From Gemmatimonadota bacterium (GTDB lineage Bacteria > Gemmatimonadota > Gemmatimonadetes > Gemmatimonadales > GWC2-71-9): a DNA stretch of 64,000 nucleotides. Below, piece after piece: positions 50,900 to 60,047 of this stretch; positions within the stretch are counted from its first letter, which is position 1; the number at the start of each line of letters is the position of its first letter. The notes beneath the pieces were generated by a model. That model ran no database searches, was not told the DNA's origin, and was given only the letters and a program-made list of their open reading frames with translations. Made by a program: the position numbers and the translations under genes. The stretch covers positions 6,753 to 70,752 of the forward strand of contig JANMXA010000046.1 of NCBI GenBank assembly GCA_031394255.1. The letters run 5' to 3'.

Positions 50900-53572
50900 T
50901 TACGGCTTCTTCGAGGCCGAATCCGCGGCGGCGGCCTTCACCGGCGCCGTCCAGAATCCGGGAGCTCCTTTGGCATCTGCTGCCGCCTCGCGTCCAAACA
51001 GCGCGGCGTTGAACACGATCCGGAAGGTGCCCCAGGTCTGGCCCCGCCACTGCGGCCTGAATCCCAGCAACACCACGTGGCCTCGGCCGTGCTTCACGTC
51101 GACCGCCGCGGCATATCCGCGCAGCTTTTCGGCGCCAAGAAGGTAACCGGACGCGAGCGGCGTTCCTTCGCTCTGGTACCGGGCGAGCACGGCGCCTTTG
51201 AATCCCGTGTCCGGCGCAAAGACCGGGCTGTCATCGAAGAAGATTCTGCCGCGCGCCGGCATTCCGGCCATGACCGGGTGCGTCGTGTCGGTGGTGACTT
51301 CGAGAATCGACCCGCTGGCGAAGAAATCCTTCCGGTCGGCCTTGGCCACCAGGTTCTTGACCGGGAGGTGGAACTGTTCGATGGCAAAGTCACTGCTCCG
51401 GTTGAAACACACGACCGTGCCGCCTTGCTGAACGAATTGATCCAGCTCGCGAGCTCCCTCGATGCCGATTCCGCCCTCGTACCGAGGCGGAACGGCTCCC
51501 TTGGGATAGCCCTCCATGAGACCCTGCGGTTCGTCGGACGCAATGATGATGACGTCGAACCGGCGGCCGAGGTTGCCGGCGCGGAGGTCCGCGTTGGTGA
51601 GGGTGGTGTAGCGGAAACGGTACTGATCGAGGAGCCAGGCGGTCCAGCCGGCATCCATGCTGGCGCGCCACGACTGGTACAGGGCGACCCGCGTGGCCAC
51701 GGCGGCGCCGCTGGAGGGGGCGCGCGTGACGGTGAGCCCCAACTCCGTTGCCCATCGGGCGGCGGGGTCGGCTCCGGCTGACGACACCAGGTACGTCCCG
51801 CCCGACACGCGGACCGTCGCGCCGGCGGCCGTCGCCTCGTTCATGGCGCGAAACGCGTTCAACTCCCGGGGATCGAGGGCGAGGGCCGGACCCGACCCGC
51901 CGGTGTGGCCGGCCGGCGTCGGAATCCCGGCGGCGATTTCGCTGGTGCGGAAGTCAGCATCGCCGGCGGTGGCCCAGTCGGCCGCCGGGCCCTTGACGGC
52001 ACCGAGCGCCGCGCGGAATTCGGGGCTCAACGGGGAGCGGACTTCGACGGCATGGACGTCCATCATGTAGGGCAACGTCCAGCCGGCCGCGTCATAGGGC
52101 TGCTCAGGCGGCCCGCCGGGATATTCACGGAGGTCCGGGTAGGTCTGCGGAGTCATCAGCTGGCGAACGAGGGGCGCAAACTCCTGGTCCATCGGGATGA
52201 CCCAGGTTCCCTGCGGGTAACGCACGCCGTCCAGGACCGCGTCCCGGGTCAGGCGGTTGATCCGGACCCCGTTGAAGGCCAGACGCCGGAGCAACTCCAC
52301 GGCCGCCATCGGGTCGCGCTGGTCGGGTGCAACCGTGTAAGCGTAGGGAGGCTCTTTCCGGTAGCGCGCAATTGCAGCCTGTCCGGAGTGGACCCGGTTC
52401 AGGAGAATCTGCTGCCGGAACTTGGCGGCGTAGTCGAGCGTGGCGATCGACGCCGTTTCCATGTAGCCCACCGCATCCTTGAGCCGCCACCAGCCGCCGG
52501 GCCACGGGCTCGAATAGAGGGACTGGTTCCGGAAATCGCGCATCGAGGCGGGGAAATCCTGGAGGGTGTAGAAATAGGGCGTCGCGTACCGGTAGAGCGC
52601 GGTCTCGGTCCAGTAGGCGTTGATGTGCTGCATCATCGGGAGGTAGTCGATGTAGCCCGGATACCAGGCGTCGAAGCCGTCTCCCATGTGGGTGGCCCCA
52701 ACCTGGCCGTTGGTCTCGAGGGCCTGGGCGATCAGCATCCCGATCGCGTTGACCTGACGGGCCATGAGGGGCGGGGTTTCCGTCGCGACGGGTTCGGCGA
52801 ACGGCGGGAGCCAGATCCGGGTGGGAAAGGGCGACGACTGATGGTGGACGTAAATGATCTGCGGCTCCCAGGCCCGCCAGGTCCGGGCCACGACCCGCGA
52901 TTCGGGGACGTTCAGCATGTAGGCGTCGCGGTTGTTGTCGTGGCCGACGTACTTCTGGTAGAGCTCATGCATCGGCGCCGCTTCGTACGGCGTGCCGACG
53001 GTTTCCCGATACCAGTTGACCACGATGCTCTGGCCATCCGGGTTCAACGACGGCCAGAGCATGAGGACGACGTTGTCGAGGATGGCGTCGATGGTCGGAT
53101 CGCCCTTGGCGGTGAGGAGGTCGTAGGCGAGCTGGATGGTGTGCTGGGCGCCGGCCACCTCGGAGGCATGGAGCCCGCCGCTGATGTCGACGAAGGCGCG
53201 GCCCTCGGCGGCGAGCTTTCGGGCCTCGTCGTCGGCCAGCCCTTCCGGATGGGCGAGGCGCTGGGCGATGTCACGGTACCGGTCGAGTCGGGCGAGGTTG
53301 GCGGGTGAGGAAATCAGGGCGAGGTACCAGCGCCGTCCTTCCGAGGTCTTGCCGACCTCGACGAGTTTGATCCGGTCGGAGCTGGCGGCGAGGGCCTGGA
53401 AGTACCGGATCGATTCCTCGTAAGTGGCCATCTTGTAGTCGGCACCGACGGGGAAGCCGAGGACCGACTCGGGGGTCGGAACGGTGCGCTGCGCCGTCGC
53501 TAGCCCGGGGCGCACTGCACTCAAGGCGAGACCCGAGAGGATGACGAGAAGGCCGGAACGACGAGCGGGCAT
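50900..53572 (-). CDS. Secreted M14 zinc carboxypeptidase-family protein
   Basis: Signal peptide; GLHASE (HxxE), NPDG, HDNNRD, VHHQ; C-terminal GATase1-like region. Confidence 0.88.
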   Translation of the reverse strand: MPARRSGLLVILSGLALSAVRPGLATAQRTVPTPESVLGFPVGADYKMATYEESIRYFQALAASSDRIKLVEVGKTSEGRRWYLALISSPANLARLDRYRDIAQRLAHPEGLADDEARKLAAEGRAFVDISGGLHASEVAGAQHTIQLAYDLLTAKGDPTIDAILDNVVLMLWPSLNPDGQSIVVNWYRETVGTPYEAAPMHELYQKYVGHDNNRDAYMLNVPESRVVARTWRAWEPQIIYVHHQSSPFPTRIWLPPFAEPVATETPPLMARQVNAIGMLIAQALETNGQVGATHMGDGFDAWYPGYIDYLPMMQHINAYWTETALYRYATPYFYTLQDFPASMRDFRNQSLYSSPWPGGWWRLKDAVGYMETASIATLDYAAKFRQQILLNRVHSGQAAIARYRKEPPYAYTVAPDQRDPMAAVELLRRLAFNGVRINRLTRDAVLDGVRYPQGTWVIPMDQEFAPLVRQLMTPQTYPDLREYPGGPPEQPYDAAGWTLPYMMDVHAVEVRSPLSPEFRAALGAVKGPAADWATAGDADFRTSEIAAGIPTPAGHTGGSGPALALDPRELNAFRAMNEATAAGATVRVSGGTYLVSSAGADPAARWATELGLTVTRAPSSGAAVATRVALYQSWRASMDAGWTAWLLDQYRFRYTTLTNADLRAGNLGRRFDVIIIASDEPQGLMEGYPKGAVPPRYEGGIGIEGARELDQFVQQGGTVVCFNRSSDFAIEQFHLPVKNLVAKADRKDFFASGSILEVTTDTTHPVMAGMPARGRIFFDDSPVFAPDTGFKGAVLARYQSEGTPLASGYLLGAEKLRGYAAAVDVKHGRGHVVLLGFRPQWRGQTWGTFRIVFNAALFGREAAADAKGAPGFWTAPVKAAAADSASKKP

Positions 53573-53700
53573 CGGAACCTCGGGTCGAGGGGATGGAGAT
53601 GGTCGATGGTAGCGTTGGCCTCGGCGGAGCGGAAGGGTGTGGTTTGCCGCGAGCCGAGGCTTGGTCTTACCTTAGATCGTCCCATCAACGAGTCGCCCCA

Positions 53701-54147
53701 ATGATCGATCGTGCGCACATCGGCCGGACCTGGCCCAGCTGGGAGGTCCTGGTGGAACAGGGCCGGCTCCGGCTCTTTGCCAAGGCCGTTGGCGAGACCC
53801 GGCCCGAATACACCAGCGTGGCCGCGGCCCGGGCGGCCGGCTATCGCTCGATCCTGGCCCCGGTCACCTTTGCGTATTGCCTCGGCGCCGATGACCCGTC
53901 GGGCCTGGCCTACATGGAGGAGGTCGGCATCCCGATTTCCCGGCTGCTGCACGGCGAGGAACAGATCGTGAACCACGAGCCGATCTGCGCCGGGGACCGG
54001 CTCCGGGTGACGCGGCGGATCAAGGACATCTACTCCAAGAAGAGCGGCGCCCTCGATTTCGTAGTTTGGGAACTTGCCGTCGATGACGCGGTGGACGGGC
54101 ATCCGGTGGCGCGAACCGAGACGATCCTGGTGGTGCGCAATGGCTGA
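53701..54147 (+). CDS. MaoC-like dehydratase N-terminal (FAS1/HadA-type) protein
   Basis: FAKAVGE, AARAAGY...APVTF, LLHGEE, PICAGD. Confidence 0.85.
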   Translation: MIDRAHIGRTWPSWEVLVEQGRLRLFAKAVGETRPEYTSVAAARAAGYRSILAPVTFAYCLGADDPSGLAYMEEVGIPISRLLHGEEQIVNHEPICAGDRLRVTRRIKDIYSKKSGALDFVVWELAVDDAVDGHPVARTETILVVRNG

Positions 54148-54538
54148 CCGGTTTGTTGTGGGCGCGGAATTGCCCGCGCTTACCCTGCCACCGCTCGCCC
54201 GGTCCACACTGGCTCTTTACGCCGGCGGTTCCGGCGATCACGTGCCACTGCACATCGACTCCGTCTTTGCGCAGGCGGCGGGATATCCCGACGTGTTCAT
54301 GCACGGGATGCTGGGGATGGCGTATGTCGGGCGTCTGGTCACCACCTGGGTTCCGCAGCGGCGAGTCCGGGAATTCGGGGGACGCTTCGTGGCGATCACC
54401 TATCCGGGGGAAGTGCTGACGGCGCGCGGGAGCGTGACGGAAGTGGACGAGGCCGGCCGGGCGCGGGTTGCGTTGACGCTCGCGAACGGGCAGGGTGAGG
54501 CCAAATTCACCGGGTTTGCGGTCATCGAACCTGATTAG
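54140..54538 (+). CDS. MaoC family (R)-enoyl hydratase/dehydratase (HadB-type)
   Basis: YAGGSGDHVPLHID hydratase-2 motif, HGML. Confidence 0.9.
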   Translation: MADRFVVGAELPALTLPPLARSTLALYAGGSGDHVPLHIDSVFAQAAGYPDVFMHGMLGMAYVGRLVTTWVPQRRVREFGGRFVAITYPGEVLTARGSVTEVDEAGRARVALTLANGQGEAKFTGFAVIEPD

Positions 54539-54610
54539 CGAGTTTCCGCGACGCACACGCCGACGGTGTCGGACGGGGCCGCGGTTCATCCAAACCATAA
54601 CGAGAAAACC

Positions 54611-55438
54611 ATGAGCAAGCTGTTAGGCAGGGTGGCACTGGTGACCGGGTCGGGGCGCGGCATCGGGCGATCGATCGCGGTGAAGCTCGCCTCCGAGGGC
54701 GCCAAGGTGGTGGTCAACGATCTCGACCAGGGCCCCGCCGATGAAACGGTGGCGGCGATCCGGACGGCAGGCGGGCAGGCGGTCGCCTGTGCCGGCAGCG
54801 TGACGGATCTGGCCTTCCCGGATCGATTCGTGAAGACCGCCCTCGATTCCTTCGGCGGGATCGACATCATCGTCAACAACGCCGGATACACCTGGGACAA
54901 CGTCATCCAGAAGATGACGGACGAGCAATGGGATGCGATCCTCGACGTCCACCTCAAGGCGCCGTTCCGAATCCTCCGGGCCGCCAGCGACTTCATTCGC
55001 GAGGCGGCCAAGCGGGAAGCGGCAGACGGTCGCGAGGTGTTCCGGAAGGTCGTGAACATCTCGTCGATCTCGGGCACCGGCGGGAATGCGGGCCAGGCCA
55101 ACTACTCATCGGCGAAGGCGGGCGTGATCGGGCTCACCCGGGCGCTGGCGAAGGAATGGGGCCGCTACAAAGTGACGGTCAACGCCGTGGCGTTCGGCTA
55201 CATCCTGACCCGGCTGACCGAGGCGCCGGCGGACGGCGGCGCCACGATTGACGTGGGCGGGAAGCAGATCCGGGTCGGCGTCAATCCGGAGGCCCACAAG
55301 ATGATGGAGAAGATGATTCCGGTCGGGCGGGCCGGCACGCCGGATGAGGCGGCCGGGGCGGTGTACATGTTCTGTATCCCGGAATCGGACTACGTAACGG
55401 GCGAAGTCCTGATCTGCGGGGGCGGCCTCCGGTCGTAG
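54611..55438 (+). CDS. SDR oxidoreductase (3-oxoacyl reductase-like)
   Basis: TGSGRGIG, NNAG, NISS, YSSAK. Confidence 0.92.
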   Translation: MSKLLGRVALVTGSGRGIGRSIAVKLASEGAKVVVNDLDQGPADETVAAIRTAGGQAVACAGSVTDLAFPDRFVKTALDSFGGIDIIVNNAGYTWDNVIQKMTDEQWDAILDVHLKAPFRILRAASDFIREAAKREAADGREVFRKVVNISSISGTGGNAGQANYSSAKAGVIGLTRALAKEWGRYKVTVNAVAFGYILTRLTEAPADGGATIDVGGKQIRVGVNPEAHKMMEKMIPVGRAGTPDEAAGAVYMFCIPESDYVTGEVLICGGGLRS

Positions 55439-55450
55439 CGGAGGCTCGCC

Positions 55451-56197
55451 TCAGGTCCGATAGTCGGGCGACTCGCGATCGAGGATTCGTTTCAGCGCCT
55501 CGAGGTGCTTCCTCGGCTGGTCGACCGCATCGGCGTTGATGTTCATTGCCTTCACCATCTCGGTGATCACCCGGTCCGGGATCGGGCGGAGCGGCCGGCC
55601 GGTGGACATCGCCAGGACCTGGACCATGCAGGCCCGTTCGAGGAAGTACAAGTCGTTCCAGGCGGCGTGGACCGACGGACCGGTCACGATCACGCCATGG
55701 TGTCCCAGGAACAGGATGGACCGGTCGCCGAGCGCCGCGGCCATCCGGTCTCCCTCGGAGTTGTCGAGGGCCAGTCCTTCGTAATCATCGAGATACGCCA
55801 CCCGGCCGAAGAACTGCAGCGCGTTCTGCGATACCATCTCGAGCCGACCGCGCTCGATGATGGTGAGGGCGGTGGCGTAGGGCATGTGGGTGTGCAGGAC
55901 CGCCCTGGCCCGGGGGTTGTTCCGGTGGAGCGGCGCGTGGATGAAAAAGGCGGTGTCTTCGACGACGTTGGTGCCCTCGAGAATGTGTCGCTCGCCATCG
56001 GCGAGGACCAGCTGGCTGGCGCTGAGCTCGCGCCAGTGGAAGCCGAGCGGGTTGACGAGGAACTGATGGCCGCGGTCATCCACCGCACAACTGAAGTGGT
56101 TGTCGATGCCCTCGTTCAGGCCGAGCCGCTCGGCCCAACGCAGGGCGGCAGCGAGGTCGATCCGGTGGGCGGGGTGCGATTGGGGCATGGGCGCCAT
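55451..56197 (-). CDS. Class II aldolase/adducin family protein
   Basis: EGIDNHFS, FFIH, HTH, HHGVIV, LYFLERAC. Confidence 0.9.
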   Translation of the reverse strand: MAPMPQSHPAHRIDLAAALRWAERLGLNEGIDNHFSCAVDDRGHQFLVNPLGFHWRELSASQLVLADGERHILEGTNVVEDTAFFIHAPLHRNNPRARAVLHTHMPYATALTIIERGRLEMVSQNALQFFGRVAYLDDYEGLALDNSEGDRMAAALGDRSILFLGHHGVIVTGPSVHAAWNDLYFLERACMVQVLAMSTGRPLRPIPDRVITEMVKAMNINADAVDQPRKHLEALKRILDRESPDYRT

Positions 56198-56199
56198 GG

Positions 56200-56580
56200 T
56201 CAGATCGGTTTCTCGGCCATCAGCGCGGCCGTGTTGCCCTCGGAATCGGTGAAGAAGGTCATCCAGAGTTCGTAGGTGTCGGCCCGGTGGACCACGTGAG
56301 GCAAGTCGACGAACGCGACGCCTCGGGCCGCCAGGACGTCGTGGGTGGCGACGACGTCCGGGACCCGATAGTAGAGGATCGAGCCCGGGTGGTCGAACTC
56401 GGGCTTTTCCGCTCTGGATAACATGAAGCGGACGTCGCCGCAGCGGAAGAAGGCCAGGCCGGGGAACTGGAAGAGCAGCGGGAGTCCCAGGGTGTCGCGG
56501 TAGAAGGCGGTGGCGCGGTCGAGGTCGTGGACGCGGATGGCGATCTGCCCGAGGGAGGCGTCGTGGAGGTCTGGGGCCAT
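56200..56580 (-). CDS. VOC/glyoxalase family protein
   Basis: GQIAI.V.DLDRA.AFYRDTLGL, FFTDSEGN. Confidence 0.9.
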   Translation of the reverse strand: MAPDLHDASLGQIAIRVHDLDRATAFYRDTLGLPLLFQFPGLAFFRCGDVRFMLSRAEKPEFDHPGSILYYRVPDVVATHDVLAARGVAFVDLPHVVHRADTYELWMTFFTDSEGNTAALMAEKPI

Positions 56581-56643
56581 GGTTGCTCCTGTCTCTTTAC
56601 GGGGTGGGGTTCGGGGTGTACCCTTGAGCGTCCATCTGAATGA

Positions 56644-56664
56644 TTACTTAGCCAAGCTAACTAA
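56644..56664. promoter_or_regulatory. Inverted repeat, probable MarR operator between the divergent VOC and marR genes
   Basis: TTACTTAGC-CAA-GCTAACTAA (8/9 paired), AT-rich, 5 nt before the marR GTG. Confidence 0.65.
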
Positions 56665-56669
56665 ATTTC

Positions 56670-57149
56670 GTGACCTCGCAAGCAGGACCCCGGGCCCGGC
56701 CGGCCCACGCCGCCGATGTCGCCACGCGGCTCCATTCCGCCGCGATCCACCTCCTGCGCCGGCTCCGGATCGAAGACCAAGCCAGCGGGCTGTCGGGCCC
56801 GCGGCTCTCGGCGCTTTCGGTCGTGGTCTTCGGCGGGGTGACCACTCTTGGCGATCTAGCCCGGGCCGAGCAGGTCCGGCCCCCGACGATGTCCAGGCTG
56901 GTGGCGGGCCTGATCGAGGCCGGGCTGATGGAGGCGGGCCGGAATCCCGACGACCGCCGGGTCCAGCAGATCCGGGCCACGGCCAAGGGCCGCTCGTTGC
57001 TGGAAGCCGGACGGGCCCGCCGAGTCCGGAGGCTCACCCGGGATCTCGAACGCCTGGCCGCCGTTGAGTTCGCCGCGGTGGCTGGGGCCCTGGACGTCAT
57101 CGAACGGATCGCGCGAGCGAACCCCAACCATTCGACCCATGAACGATAA
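56670..57149 (+). CDS. MarR family transcriptional regulator
   Basis: LS..RLSAL, LARAEQVRPPTMSRLV..L...GL, DDRR, T.KG. Confidence 0.9.
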   Translation: MTSQAGPRARPAHAADVATRLHSAAIHLLRRLRIEDQASGLSGPRLSALSVVVFGGVTTLGDLARAEQVRPPTMSRLVAGLIEAGLMEAGRNPDDRRVQQIRATAKGRSLLEAGRARRVRRLTRDLERLAAVEFAAVAGALDVIERIARANPNHSTHER

Positions 57150-58359
57150 ACGCGCCGCCTATCTCGCCGTACTGGTCGCCGCCCTCGGCTACTTCGTGGA
57201 CATCTACGACCTGATCCTGTTCAGCGTGGTCCGGGTCAAGAGTCTGGTGTCGATCGGCGTCGCCCCCGAACATCTGCTGGATGCCGGGGTGACGCTGCTC
57301 AACCTGCAGATGTTCGGGATGCTGCTGGGGGGGATTCTCTGGGGCGTCCTGGGTGACCGGAAGGGCCGGCTGTCGGTCCTGTTCGGTTCGATCCTCCTCT
57401 ATTCGATCGCGAACATCGCCAACGCCTTCGTCACCTCGGTCCCGCTGTACGGGGCGCTCCGGTTCGTGGCCGGCATCGGCCTCGCCGGCGAACTCGGGGC
57501 GGGGGTCACGCTGGTGTCGGAGCTGCTGCCAAGGAACAGTCGCGGCTATGGCACCACGATCGTGGCGTCGGTGGGGATCATGGGGGCGATCGCGGCGGTG
57601 GTCGTGGCGGAGACGTTCGACTGGCGGGCGGCGTACATCGTGGGCGGCGTCCTGGGTCTCGCCCTGCTGGTGATGCGGGTGAGCGTCCGGGAGAGCGGGA
57701 TGTTCCAGGCGGCCAGGACGTCGTCGGCGTCGCGAGGAAACTTCCTGGCGCTGTTTTCCGAACGGAGTCGGGTGATCCGGTACCTGGCGGTGATCATGGT
57801 GGCGGTTCCGGTCTGGTATGTGATCGGGATCCTGGCCACCTTCTCGCCGGAGTTCGCCAAGGCGATGGCGCTGCCCTTTACGCCGAATGCCGGCCGGTCC
57901 ATCCTCTGGTTGTATTCGGGCCTGGTGCTGGGCGGCGTGGGCAGCGGGCTGTTGAGCCAGTTGTTGCGAAGCCGGCGGAAGACGGTGGGGCTGTTCCTGG
58001 CCCTGACGGTCGTCGGGTGCGCGGCCTACTTCCTCAAGGTGGCCACCACACTGACGGGCTTCTATGCTTTATGCGTGGCGATGGGCTTCGCGATCGGCTA
58101 CTGGGCGGTCTTCATCACCATCGCGGCCGAGCAGTTCGGCACCAACATCCGGGCCACGGCCACGACGACGGCGCCGAACTTTGTCCGTGGGGCGGTGGTG
58201 CCGATGACCTGGGCGTTCCAGTGGTTTCGTGACGGGGCTGGCCTCGGAGTCGTCGGGGGCGGCATCGCGGTCGGTGTCATCGTGATGGTGCTGGCGGTCA
58301 TTTCCCTCGCCGGCCTCACGGAAACGTTCGGGAAAGACCTCGATTACATCGAGCCGTAG
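57139..58359 (+). CDS. MFS transporter
   Basis: LGYFVDIYD, GVLGDRKGR (motif A), GLAGELG, AEQFGTNIRAT, ETFGKDL. Confidence 0.92.
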   Translation: MNDKRAAYLAVLVAALGYFVDIYDLILFSVVRVKSLVSIGVAPEHLLDAGVTLLNLQMFGMLLGGILWGVLGDRKGRLSVLFGSILLYSIANIANAFVTSVPLYGALRFVAGIGLAGELGAGVTLVSELLPRNSRGYGTTIVASVGIMGAIAAVVVAETFDWRAAYIVGGVLGLALLVMRVSVRESGMFQAARTSSASRGNFLALFSERSRVIRYLAVIMVAVPVWYVIGILATFSPEFAKAMALPFTPNAGRSILWLYSGLVLGGVGSGLLSQLLRSRRKTVGLFLALTVVGCAAYFLKVATTLTGFYALCVAMGFAIGYWAVFITIAAEQFGTNIRATATTTAPNFVRGAVVPMTWAFQWFRDGAGLGVVGGGIAVGVIVMVLAVISLAGLTETFGKDLDYIEP

Positions 58360-58396
58360 CCGGCCCAGGCCGGCGGGCAGCGAGCAAGGAGATATC

Positions 58397-58819
58397 ATGC
58401 GGGTAGGGGGAATGGCGCTGGCGGTTCTGGCGCTCGGAGTGGCCGGTTGCATCGGCGCGAGTACGGTCGACAACAGCAAGCAGGCTTCGGCCATCGTCAT
58501 GGGTCAGGTCCTCAAGCCGGATGGGGTGACGCCGATCGGGGGGCCGATCGTGGTCGCGCAGTTGCTCGGCCCGGCGGTCAACGGTGTCTCGCAGTTGCTG
58601 AGCCAGGGGAGCTACGTGGGGGACGACAACGGCCGCTTCCTGTTCCTGTTCCTGATGAACGGCGTGGACCCGCAGAACGGCACCGTCAACCTGAGTGTGA
58701 CGGCGCCCATCGCGAGCGGATTTCTGTCGAAGGACACCCTGTCGATCCCCGTCCGGATCGCCAATGGGTGGTCGCCGACCGACACCACGTACGTGCAGAT
58801 CAAACTTCAGGCGCGCTGA
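58397..58819 (+). CDS. Hypothetical lipoprotein (beta-sandwich-like)
   Basis: AAGGAG RBS; lipobox VAGC. Confidence 0.72.
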   Translation: MRVGGMALAVLALGVAGCIGASTVDNSKQASAIVMGQVLKPDGVTPIGGPIVVAQLLGPAVNGVSQLLSQGSYVGDDNGRFLFLFLMNGVDPQNGTVNLSVTAPIASGFLSKDTLSIPVRIANGWSPTDTTYVQIKLQAR

Positions 58820-59160
58820 GCCGGGTTCCCGTTCGCCCGGCTGTGGCATCTGCCGGCCTCGGTCGGGATGGCGCTCGGTCTGGCGGGCGTCGTCTTCGTC
58901 GCCGGGTGGCTGGTCCGCGCGGTACGCCCGCTTCACCCGTCGGCGGCTTTGTAATTCCTCCAACCGCCGAACCACTGCAGTCCAGTGCGCCGTTGGCCCT
59001 GATCCCGGCCGGCGCCTCCCCGCGATCCGCAATGCCAACTCTCTCACCCTGAACCGTCCGGCCGCCCCAAACCACCTTTGCGGCAGGACTTCCGGCCACG
59101 GAACGCGTCAACCTTTGCACCTGCCCCTCGCCGGCCGTCCTGGCCGAGCGAAGATGAACG

Positions 59161-59176
59161 GGGCATGCAATCTGCC
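59161..59176 (+). promoter_or_regulatory. Candidate sigma54 (-24/-12) promoter
   Basis: GGGCATGCAATCTGCC = GG-N10-GC, ~75 nt before the beta-barrel gene. Confidence 0.45.
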
Positions 59177-59250
59177 TTTCTATCCAGCCGAACCCTGAAT
59201 GATCCGCGGATCGCTGCATCGGGCTGCAGGCCGCTCAAGCTGGAGAAAGG

Positions 59251-60033
59251 ATGTCGACAATGCGCTTTCGAATCGGGTGGCGGCCGGTGGTGCTGCTGCT
59301 GCTGCCAGGCGCCGTTGGCGGCCTGTCGGCCCAGGCACCCAAGCCGGCCGCCGTGAAGCAGGCGGCGCCCAAGCCGACGACGATGGTGATTACGACGGCC
59401 GCGAAGGAACCGGCGCCGATCGCCATGCCGACGAAGGTTGTCCCGCCCAAGCGGGCGGTGAGGGCGATCCCGGCGGACGCCCCGATCTACGCCCGGCAGG
59501 GATTCTGGTTCGGTGCTGGTATGGGTGCCGGCGCCGCTACGCTTCACTGTCGTATTTGCGATGGGGCGCAGGGATCAAAGGGTACATCGGGCTATTTCCG
59601 TGCGGGCACGACGGTCAACGGCCGACTCCTGGTCGGGGCCGAGCTCAATGGCTGGGTGCGCGGTGACGAAACCGGCAACCAGCGCCTCTTCTCACTGACG
59701 GGAAACGGCTACTGGTATCCCAATCCGCTGCACGGGTACTACCTCAAGGGTGGGTTCGGGCTCTCGAGCTATCGCCAGCGGGCAACCGACAAGAACAACG
59801 CCGACGTCTCCACGGGCGTGTCGACCGGCGGGTTCACCGGGCAGGTCGGCGGCGGCTATGAAATTCGGGTGAACCCCCGGATGTCATTCGTTCCCTATCT
59901 CAACCTGGTCGGCACCGCGGCCGGTGTGCTGTACACCGAACGGAACGACGGCACTCACTTCGATCGCAACCGACTCCCGAACCGAGCCAACCTCCTGTTG
60001 ATCCAGCTCGGCCTCGGGGTGACCTGGCACTGA
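59251..60033 (+). CDS. Probable outer-membrane beta-barrel protein
   Basis: Signal peptide, Pro/Ala/Lys linker, alternating amphipathic strands, C-terminal QLGLGVTWH beta-signal-like; CxxC in the first loop. Confidence 0.7.
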   Translation: MSTMRFRIGWRPVVLLLLPGAVGGLSAQAPKPAAVKQAAPKPTTMVITTAAKEPAPIAMPTKVVPPKRAVRAIPADAPIYARQGFWFGAGMGAGAATLHCRICDGAQGSKGTSGYFRAGTTVNGRLLVGAELNGWVRGDETGNQRLFSLTGNGYWYPNPLHGYYLKGGFGLSSYRQRATDKNNADVSTGVSTGGFTGQVGGGYEIRVNPRMSFVPYLNLVGTAAGVLYTERNDGTHFDRNRLPNRANLLLIQLGLGVTWH

Positions 60034-60047
60034 GCGTGGGAGACACC

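Noticed and set aside
58817..58842. Selenocysteine UGA with SECIS
   Set aside because: The hairpin loop is closer to the UGA than in typical bacterial SECIS elements and there is no redox motif context; kept only as a generic read-through candidate
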